From Rebecca billardiae RCC1528 (taxonomy: Eukaryota; Protista; Haptophyta), in the NCBI GenBank assembly GCA_965240325.2, contig OZ251223.1, forward strand, positions 4,216,001-4,280,000: a stretch of 64,000 bases of DNA. Direction: 5' to 3'. The position numbers were made by a program, and so were the translations under genes. Positions 24,255 through 33,775 of the stretch are shown here, in pieces. Below the pieces are notes generated by a model that worked only from the letters and a program-made list of their open reading frames with translations, was not told the origin of the DNA and ran no database searches. Position 1 is the first letter of the stretch; every line of letters starts with the position of its first letter.

Positions 24255-24561
24255 CTATATATATATATATGTGTGTGATTTAAAATTACTAATAATAATA
24301 TAAATGCTGGCGGGGGTTTTCGGACGAATTATATAGTATAGCATATATATACGTGTCACACGCGAGCATGACAGGGCGCGTGATGACACGAGTAGGCGCT
24401 CAGTCTGGCTACCGAACTGTCTTCGTCTGGCTCTGTAAAAGTATATATAGATCAAACCGAGACTACGCCGGCGTGATCGAGATCTCTGACTGCAGCACCA
24501 GGCCAGCACCGTATTGCCTGCGATGGCCTGTGGCAGCCGGTCGTCACTAGCGCTATTATCG

Positions 24562-27134
24562 TCAAGCACTCGGCGGCACAGCACATGATGCTGCCGACGG
24601 CGACGCGCCTCCAAGGTGTAGCACGGCAGCTGCGGCGGTCATGGCGCCAGATGTTGTCGTCACCGAGCTGGCGACGAAGCCGAGCGTATTTGCCGCGCCT
24701 GCGATGCTGGCAACCACCATCAGCCCTCCATACGTGGCGGCGAGCGCGAGCGCGCGCCGAGGCACGCTCTGCGCAGCAGCAGTGGCCAGACCGCTGTCGA
24801 TGGCCTCCTTGATGGCGAGCAGCCCGCCCGGGCCCGTCAGCGCGTACAGGTCGAAGCCGCCCGACTCGGTGCGGCGCGTGGTCTTCATGATGTGCGCGAG
24901 CACCGCCGGCTCGGCTGCGTGGAGCGCGCGCATCGGTGCGGCAAGCACGTGCGCGAGTGCGTGGAGGAGTGTGCCCGAGCGGCGCAGCGGCGGCGGCAGC
25001 GCTGCCTTCAGGATCGACGCGTACGCCGATGCGACGACGCCGTTGACGACGATGTCGCCGTGCAGCGTGATGGGTGCGTACAGCCCGACGCGCTGCACCT
25101 CCGAAACGGACGTCACTGCGGCGGAGACCGCGCCACCGCCGCCGCCAGAATCGACGACGCTCATCACCATGCCGACGCGCACGTCGTCAGCGCGCACGTA
25201 TGCGCCCTGCGCGAGGCGCGCGAGGTGGTCGGACGAGAGCTCGAGTGCGTGGCCGCTCGACAGCTCGACGCGCACGAACGCATGCTGCACGGTGGAGCGC
25301 CTGTCCTCGTGCGCGCTCAGGTACACGGTCGAGTACGCCGCGCCGCCGTCGACGAGCACGCGGTCACCCAGCTCGAGCGCGTCCATGCGCTTTGGGCCGG
25401 CAGGCGTCGTCACCGTTGCGTGGGCGGGGAAGCAGTTGGGAATGAGGCAGAAGCCCTCGTTCGTGCAGTGGTAGCCATCGCCGTTGTTGCCATCGCAGTC
25501 GCCAGCAGTTACACACTCGACGCACCGCCCAGCGCCCGTGTCGCAAAAGAAGTCGTGATTGCTGCCGGCGCCGGCGACAGCGTCGCAGTCGCTGTCCTGC
25601 AGGCACTGCACACACTCGCCGTTCGAGAGGTCGCACAGCCGCTCAGGGATCGCCCCCTGCTCGAGATAGCAGCCGTGCGGGAGTGATTCGCAGTCGGCAT
25701 TGGTCACACACTCGATGCAGGTGCCTGTGCCGTTGCCGCCACCAAGATTGAAGCACTGCAGCTTGTTTGCGTTGCCAGTCTGGCAGTCGGCAGTGATGGT
25801 GCACGCGGTGACAGGGTCCGCCGTGGACAGGCGCCGCCGCCCCCCAACCGGCACGGCGGACGACACCACGTACGCGCACGCCGGCTCGTCACAAATCTCG
25901 TCGTCGGCGCTCCACGCCTTGCACAGTGAGCGCGGCGCCGGGTCGGAGCAGCGCGCATCGCCCTCGAAGCAGTGGTAGATGAGGCATGGCTCCGGTCGCG
26001 GTGCCCCCCCAGCCTCGTGCAGCCTACGCCGCTCGTGGTCATCGAGCGACTCGTCCTCAGACAGGCGGCGGAGGCGGTCATTGACGTTGGGATCCGATTG
26101 GAGCACTTGGCCGTCGCCAGTGACCGTGTACAGCGCCGAGTCGCCGGGAACACCCGAGCGGAAGACGTACCACGTCTCGTCCTGGCCGTTGATCCGCTTG
26201 ACGTAGGACCTGATGAGCTCACCGGTGGCATAGAGCGTCTCAGGGGTCACCTCTGCGAGCTGGCGGAGGCTGCGGCGGCGCGCATTCGAAGACCCGACCT
26301 CGACGGTGCCCTGGGTCTGGCCCGAAGTATTCATGAGCTTGAGCACAGAGCTCATCACACTCGAGTTCACTTCGGCCACCTCGACCAGACGGCGGCCGTC
26401 GTGCTCGACCAGCCGCCTTCTCCGCTTGTCGTGCAGCTCGATGTGGGGCCTGGCACCCGTCGTGCGTGCGGGCTGGCCGTCCGCCCCAAGCTGCACGCCC
26501 GTCTCGCTGTCAACGAATGCCTGGTGTGTCGCCCGTCCCGCGCGCGTGACACGGGTGGCATGAGCAATTGAGCGGCGCGAAGCAAGGTGGCGTGGTCTGC
26601 ACTCCTGACGAGACTTGTTGTGGGCGGGCAGGGACTTCGCACACGTGCTCGCGCGCGTGCGGCGGACCTCCTTCGAGAGCTCGCCCGCCAGCACGGCGGC
26701 GCCAAACATCGCGCCCAGGAGCACTGCGATAGACACGCACAGGACGGCGCTCAGAAACTGGTACTTGCGCTTGGTCTTCTTCTCGACCAACACCTCGGCG
26801 CAGATCGTCTTGACCTCCGCTGCCGAGAACTTGCCATCGTGGTTCTGCATGCCACCACCATCAGGACGCGGGAGGGGCAGGAGGGGGCGGGGTGGCGCGC
26901 GCTGTCAGGCGGGCACATGGGCTGACAGCTGCAGGGGCTGTGCGTCAGCGCGCTCACCAGATCGTACTTTGCGAGCGTGCGCTCGACGGCGTCGATCTTG
27001 CCGTCATTGTCCGCATCGTACATCGCCAGCTCCTCTACCCTCACTGTGTTGGTGCGAGAGGTCACGCCCGGCTCGCGCGCTGACGCGCCATCAGTGTTGC
27101 CAGTGCGCTTGAAGAGCCCGGCGACGCCCTGCAT
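24562..27134 (-). CDS. Hint-domain protein A: two EF-hands, TM, RRL-separated modules, Cys-rich repeats, Hedgehog-type Hint, hydrophobic tail
   Basis: Introns 26845-26957 and 26521-26667. EF loops DADNDGKIDAVE and DLNHDGKFSAAE; Hint N-CFPAHATV..LELGDRVL..LELSSDH..GLYAPITLHGDIVVNGVVASAY starting at 25434. Confidence 0.88.
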
Positions 27135-27719
27135 GCTTCCCCGTCCTCGTCACGACTTGCGATGTGTGGCACAGCGGCGCCTGCAGCCCCGCCCGCCGTC
27201 GATGACGAACTTTCGCCGGGCGGATCGTGCTCCTACTACTGTGAATGAGTATTCTCATACTGTACCCAGAATTGGCAGGGTCTCGTTGGTTTGGCGTCCA
27301 TCTTAAATCAGCCAATCAGGCCATTGGCCATAGCATGTACGTATAGTATCATACACACACCATCATGATTCATGACTGTATCGCGACCTGCATGGGTAGG
27401 GTTTGGCAGTGGAGAGCCTGTCGTTGACCATGATGCAGACTGGACGATGATGAGCCGAGCGGTACCTGTAAGTTATGCATGCCTGAGGCTATATTAGCCA
27501 GATGTATTGACGAAAAATCTCAATCGTCATCATCATGAGTTACTTTTCTTTAGTACGAGGCTTCTGAGAGTACTTTACGACGCGAAGATTGGCGCGCATG
27601 TGATGGATTATCATAGTCATGAACACCGGTTGGAAGTTAAAGTGTGGGACGGGCGACCGCGAAGGCCGAGCGAGACAGCGAGTGAGGAAAGCGGAGCGGC
27701 CCACGACCTAAGGCCGAGG

Positions 27720-30203
27720 ATGACGAGCTTCTTTCGAGGCGTCGGCGAGATGTTTGGCGGCGGCGGCGGCGCTGCGGGCGAGCCAGCTGCCCCCCAGCGG
27801 ACGGCGACGTCCTCGCAGCGCGATCGGCACCAAACTCGCGGCACTCGGAAGACCTCGACCTCGTCGGCGTTCACGTACGACGCGGACGGTGACGGTACAC
27901 TCGACCCGCTGGAGCAGATGCTCAAGGACTACGATGTGGTGCGGCGCAGCTCTCGCGCAGAGCGCGTTTAAAGTGCGCGACCCCACTGCCTCGCGCATAC
28001 GCCGCTCATGACTCGCCTCATCTGCGCGCACTGGCTTTCTTTGCGCTCGGGCCCGGCCCCGCAGGACGGCAACCACCGCTACTCGACCGCCGAGGTCAAG
28101 GCGATGGTGCAGGCGATGCTCGAGCACCGAGAGGGCGGACAGAGGTACAGGCGTCTTGCTGCTGTTCTCGCTGCTGTTTTCGTCGCGCTCATCGCGAGCA
28201 TCTTTGGCACTGCCTACCTCGCGAGCGATGTCACCAAGGAGGTGCGCACAGCGCGCAAGCAGTGGGCGACTGCGCGTGAGATCCTCAGCCTCATCATTGA
28301 TCATGGCCGCCCGGCTCACCCTTAGGCACGCCCTTGCGCCGCACGCGCGCACCTCGCGCCACGGCTGAGTCGCGCTCACCCCACCTGCCCGCTGTGCGCG
28401 CTCTGGATGATGCCCGCACTCACTCTCTCGCGCTCGCGCCTTGCGCATCAGACATTCCTGAGCTCTGGCTCGAACCTGCTCACCGACAGGGACGGGCGCG
28501 GGGTGATGTTCGGCGCCAACCTCGTGCGCGCGACGCAACACGACGACACGCGGCGGCGCCTGCGCGTGGTCGGCGGACGCCAGCTCGTGGAGGTGGGCGA
28601 TGTCGACCCAACGCAGGTCCAGGGGGTGATCGACGCCATCAACAACAACGTGACGAGTGGCACCGTGCTGATCAGCACAGGCGGCTCTTCCTCCTCCCGC
28701 CGCCGGCTCCAGGACTTGGGTACTGCGCTGTCGATGCTGACGGCATCGGGCTACCTGGTCGCCATCCAGGTGATCGATGGCGCAGTGTACTACCAGGTGA
28801 CGCAGGCTGGCGGCGGCGGTCCGTCGTACTGGCTCACCTCAAGCGGAGCCGTCCTCTCGCAAAGCCCAAGCAGGCGGCTGCGCCGGCTGGACGCGGCCGA
28901 CTCGTACGACCACCACCGCCAGCGCCGGCTGGCGGAGGGCGGCAACGGCACGACGTCCGCGCACTGGCCGCCCAAGTGCTTCGTGTACCATTGCTTCGAA
29001 GGCGACGCGGGCTGCACCGAGCCCTCGCCGAGGTCGTTGTGCGCCACGTGGAGCGCGGATGGCGCGGAGTGCCTCGAGCCTACGTGCGCATTTGTGGACG
29101 CTGGACATGCAGCGCGCCACGAAGCGCGCCGCCGGCTGGAGACCACATCCTGCACCGGCGATGCCGACTGCGAGGCCAACTGCTACACCGAGCACTACGT
29201 CGTCCCGAAGCGGAAATGCGTCTCCGGCAGCTGCGTCGAGTGCAGCGCCGATGCCGACTGCACCACAAGGACCACGCCATCTGGTGACTACGACGATGAT
29301 CTGCTGCGAGGCTGCGACGGAGGCGTGTGTGTCAAGTGCAACAAGGCCAAGCAATGCGCACGCTCGTGTGAGGACTCGGATTGCGAAGACTGCTTCCCCG
29401 CGCACGCGACGGTGACGACGCCTGCCGGCCCTAAGCGCATGGACGCGCTCGAGCTGGGTGACCGCGTGCTCGTCGACGGCGGCGCGGCGTATTCGACCGT
29501 GTACCTGAGCGCGCACGAGGACAGGCGCGCCGCCGTGCAGCATGCGTTCGTGCGCGTCGAGCTGTCGAGCGGCCACGCACTCGAGCTCTCGCCCAACCAC
29601 CTCGCGCGCCTCGCGCAGGGCGCATACGTGCGCGCTGACGACGTGCGCGTCGGCATGGAGATGAGCGTCGTCGATTCTGGCGGCGGCGGTGGCGCGATCT
29701 CCGCCGCAGTGACGTCCGTTTCGGAGGTGCAGCGCGTCGGGCTGTACGCACCCATCACGCTGCACGGCGACATCGTCGTCAACGGCGTCGTCGCATCGGC
29801 GTACGCGTCGATCCTGAAGGCAGCGCTGCCGCCGCCGCTGCGCCGCTCGGGCACACTCCTCCACGCACTCGCGCACGTGCTTGCCGCGCCGATGCGCGCG
29901 CTCCACACAGCCGAGCCGGCGGTGCTCGCGCACATCATGAAGACCGCGCGCCGCACCGAGTCGGGCGGCTTCGACCTGTACGCGCTGACGGGCCCGGGCG
30001 GGCTGCTCGCCATCAAGGAGGCCATCGACAGCGGTCTGGCCACGACGGCTGCGCAGAGCGTGCCTCGGCGCGCGCTCGCGCTCGCTGCCACATATGGAGG
30101 GCTGATGGTGGTTACCACCATTGCCGGCGTCGCCAACGCCGTCCGCAGCGCCGCCAGCTCGGCGACATCGGTACTTGCGGCTGCGCGGCTGGCGAGCCCG
30201 TGA
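27720..30203 (+). CDS. Hint-domain protein B, paralogue of A with the same architecture
   Basis: Introns 27939-28064 and 28242-28451 at positions homologous to A. EF loops DADGDGTLDPLE and DVDGNHRYSTAE; Hint D-CFPAHATV starting at 29391. Confidence 0.88.
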
Positions 30204-30324
30204 AACGGTGCGGCGTAAACTTAAATAATAAAAATTCCGGGTGCCGCGCGCTCATCATCAGTGATGACTTAATCTGTCTCTGAGCAGCAGCTTTGTCCGC
30301 CTGATAGTCGTGATATCATCAACT

Positions 30325-30614
30325 ATATATATATATATATATATCTTTAACGACGTGGCAGCAACGAACAAGCGTCAGGCTCAGATCGAGTGCAGCAGAC
30401 ACATAGAATGATGCGTCCGCGCCTTCCGTCCAGGTCAGACAGTGCGCCACCCGGGGACGGGCACCCGCAGCCCTGCCAGTGCCCCCCTACGGAGTACGGG
30501 AGCGGGGCCGGGGTGGTTGGTGGAGCACCGCCTCGGCCTGGGGCACGCGGCGGCGACGGCAGATGCCGCCGCGGCCGAGCGCCTTCCGGAGCACTTGGAT
30601 GAGGGTGAGGTCGT
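30325..30614 (-). mobile_element. Repeat family A, copy e (inverted, 5'-truncated) with (TA)n tail
   Basis: Reverse complement acgacctcaccctcatccaagtgctccggaaggcg...cttgttcgttgctgccacgtcgttaaagatatata. Confidence 0.8.
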
Positions 30615-30793
30615 AAGATAAGATTCATCAATAAGTGTATTACGAAGTTGACGATGTTCGATGCGTGGACGGAGGGGTGGGTGCTGATGGCCCCTGATGT
30701 GTGGCTGAATGACCCGTGAGGTGGCCACGTGACAGAGCGTCAGTGACTACGGTACTGACGGTTGGACGTTGGTCGGCGAAACTCGGCGCCCTC

Positions 30794-30887
30794 TACAGTT
30801 TACTAAGAGACGCACACAGCTCAGGCAGGCGAGATTGACGCCCGCCAACTGTCAGGCCGCCCAATGAAGCCGTCCGCCTGCGAGGCC
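30794..30887 (+). repeat. Dispersed repeat family B, copy 3
   Basis: Matches 13729-13810 and 7351-7437. Confidence 0.8.
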
Positions 30888-31135
30888 GGGCGGCCGCCTT
30901 TAATCTCACCAGCCTTTTCGCGTTGGCGCCAACAAAGATTCCTATGCGCTCTTGCGCACTATCATCAGCCTCATTTGGCTTGACAATGGGTGGCGGTCGC
31001 CTAGTAAACAAGCAGTACAATCATGCATCACCTCTTGCTTAAGAGCAGTTCTCGTCGCTCATCAAGCAGGCGTGCTCTCGAGTTCCCCAGCTGCCGTCCT
31101 GGCGGCGGCTCGGCTTCCCGGCGGCAGGCGCGACG

Positions 31136-33283
31136 ATGCTTCCACAATCCAGATGCGAGGCGACGCGCGTGCAGCGTCGCCAGGGCAGACGGCTCTCGCT
31201 GCGCGGAGGGGCGGCGAGTGTCGCGGCAAGCACTAGCACGCTCGACCGTCCGCCCTCCCCGTGGGGCGAGTACACGTTTGGGCGCGTGGTCGGGCGCGGG
31301 CGCTTTGCCGACGCGCGGCTCCTCGTGCATGACGAGCACGGCGAGGCGGACCCGTCGCGCGTGTACGTGTTGAAGCAGCTTGCGGATGGCTCGGTTGAGT
31401 CCGACTCGGCCGATTGCTGCCTTACAACCGCGCAGGCTGCCGCGCGCGAGGTTGAGATCCTCTCGCTGCTGCGCCACCCAAACGTGCTGCGTTGCTGTGG
31501 CGCGTTCGCGGCCGCGGGCGTGATCTCGATCGTGACGGCGCCGTACGCGGACGGCGGTACGCTCGAGGCGCGGCTGCGCAAGCATGCGCGCGCGGCCAAG
31601 CCGCTCGACCGCGCTCTCGTGTGCGGCTGGGCCTTCGAGCTCGCGTCCGCGCTGCAGCACATCCACGCGCGCGGCGTGCTGCACCGGGACCTCAAGGCGG
31701 CGAACGTCCTCCTCGCCTCGGGGGCGGCGCTGGCACGGCGTGAGGCGGGGCCGGCGTTGGAGGAGTGGCAGCTGCACCTGCGCGAGCACGTGCTCATCGC
31801 CGACTTTGGCGTCTCGAAGCGCGTGCATGTGCGCGCGCGTGAGGACGCCGGACGCGTCGCGTCCGGTGAGGGCGCGCACGAGCGTGGCTTGCACACGCCC
31901 GCGCCGGAGGCGGAGGCGGAGGCGGAGCGCGAGCACGCGGGCACTTGCATCGGCACGCCGTACTACCTCAGCCCCGAAGTCGTCCTCGGCCGGCCGTACG
32001 GCTCGAAGAACGACGTGTGGTGCCTGGGCGTCGTGCTGTACGAGACGCTGGCGCTGCGCCGCCCGTTCGAGGGCGCCAACATCAGCGCGCTCGCGCAGGC
32101 GATCGTGGGGAGCGAGCCGGCGCCGCTGCCGCTGCACGCGCCGCCGGGGCTCGTGCGGCTTGTGGGCGCGATGCTGGCGAAGAACTGCGCGCGCCGCGCC
32201 TCCTCGGCACAGGTGCTGCGCGCAGCCAAGGCGGTGGCGCGTGCCGCGCGCGCCGTCGGCGCCGAGCGCGCTGCCGCCTCCGCCTCACACCAGCTGCCTG
32301 CGCGCGCCCCACCGCCGCTCAAGCGGCCGTCGAGCGAAGCGCTGTCGCTCGTGCCGCGCGAGTCGTTTGCGTCGTGCCTGTCGCACCAGCCTTCCTTCCA
32401 GTCCGTCGCCGCCGAGCCAGCGGAGGACGAGCCGGCTGCCGATCCCGACCCGGACCTGGCCGCCGCCGAGCTCGACACACCGCGCAGCTCGAGGCGCCGA
32501 GCACGCGATGGAGCCGTGATGGACGCACGGGGGCCGCCCGCGCTGAGCACTGCGCACTCGGCGCCATCCGCGTCGGCGCTGGGCTCGCCCGTTGCCGCCA
32601 CGCGCGCGCACTCGCTCGAGGTCACGGAGGCGCACGGTGCTGCCCCTGCGCGCGTCGCCGCTGATGCGGACCCAGACCCAGATGACGCGGACGGTGCGGC
32701 CGCTCGCACGACGCGTCGCCCGGCGTTCCGCGGCGTGCTGCGCGCCGCCGGCTTGGAGCGCGTCACCGACGCGACGGCCGACGACGACGAAGATGGCGAC
32801 AGCGACACAAGCTCGACGGTGGCCTCGCGCTGGCCTGTGTGGCGCGGGCGCGCTCGCCCAGCTGGCGCAGACGCGCTGCTCGGCAGCGGCCAGCGCTGCC
32901 CCAGGCGCGTGCGCCTGTGTGCGCCGGCTGCAGAGGCAGATGGCGCGGCGGGCGCGGGAGCAGCGAGCGCGTCCACGGCTGCGCGCGCGAGCTCAGTGTG
33001 CTCAAGAGGACCAGCTGCGTCGCCGATCGAGACCGACGCCGCTGTGCTCCCGCCGCGGCGCGCGGGGCGAGCGCTGCACGCAGCCTCGAGGCTGTCGTCC
33101 GACGGTCCGTTGCGCGGCGCCGCGCGCACCAAGCCGTGGGAGGCAGGCTGGGCCACACGCCTGCTGAGGCTGTTCAGCGGTGGTGGCGGAAGCAGCGTCT
33201 GCGCCAGCGTGTGCCGACTCGAGCTGCGGCCTCGCGCACTGGCACTGCGCTCTGTGGCGAACACTTCCTGTCCGCCTGTGTAG
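31136..33283 (+). CDS. NIMA-related (NEK-like) Ser/Thr protein kinase with insertions and a low-complexity C-tail
   Basis: GRGRFA, YVLK, HRDLKAANVLL, ADFGVSK, GTPYYLSPE, YGSKNDVWCLG. Confidence 0.88.
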   Translation: MLPQSRCEATRVQRRQGRRLSLRGGAASVAASTSTLDRPPSPWGEYTFGRVVGRGRFADARLLVHDEHGEADPSRVYVLKQLADGSVESDSADCCLTTAQAAAREVEILSLLRHPNVLRCCGAFAAAGVISIVTAPYADGGTLEARLRKHARAAKPLDRALVCGWAFELASALQHIHARGVLHRDLKAANVLLASGAALARREAGPALEEWQLHLREHVLIADFGVSKRVHVRAREDAGRVASGEGAHERGLHTPAPEAEAEAEREHAGTCIGTPYYLSPEVVLGRPYGSKNDVWCLGVVLYETLALRRPFEGANISALAQAIVGSEPAPLPLHAPPGLVRLVGAMLAKNCARRASSAQVLRAAKAVARAARAVGAERAAASASHQLPARAPPPLKRPSSEALSLVPRESFASCLSHQPSFQSVAAEPAEDEPAADPDPDLAAAELDTPRSSRRRARDGAVMDARGPPALSTAHSAPSASALGSPVAATRAHSLEVTEAHGAAPARVAADADPDPDDADGAAARTTRRPAFRGVLRAAGLERVTDATADDDEDGDSDTSSTVASRWPVWRGRARPAGADALLGSGQRCPRRVRLCAPAAEADGAAGAGAASASTAARASSVCSRGPAASPIETDAAVLPPRRAGRALHAASRLSSDGPLRGAARTKPWEAGWATRLLRLFSGGGGSSVCASVCRLELRPRALALRSVANTSCPPV

Positions 33284-33775
33284 CAGGCCACGGCACGGAA
33301 ACTGGCGAACAGCCCCTCGGCCTCGAGACGTGGGGCGCGCGGCCCGCCATCGCAGCGCCGCCGTCGTCGCGACGTCAAACAAACTCATGAAGTACGGCGG
33401 TGGGTGCCCAGCCGGCACCGGCGGGGCGGCCGTCGTCGGCACCGCGCAATACTACCGAGTCTGCATAAGCTACTTATATATATGATTCGGCGTCGGCTGA
33501 TTGTCTGCGCGGCTGATTATTTATATATATATTGTCGTCGTCAGAATGAGACATGGTCATGATCCTGCTACTGGCATCGTACGCCTGGGCCCTGGGCCTG
33601 GCCGAGCCCGAGCGGCGAGCCTGAGGCCAAGCCTGGCGAGCTACTTGCCTCTTGCGTGCGCCTGGGCCCGGCCCCGGGGGCCGTCCGAGCCGCGGCAGCC
33701 GGGCATCACCGTCCGGGCGCCTGAAGGCCCAGTCCCGCTACCCACCAGCCGGCGGGCTGGCGCACTCTCCGAGCC

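Noticed and set aside
24562-30203. Hint domains as self-splicing inteins or true Hedgehog genes
   Set aside because: No terminal His-Asn and no Hedge domain; they are Hog-type Hints
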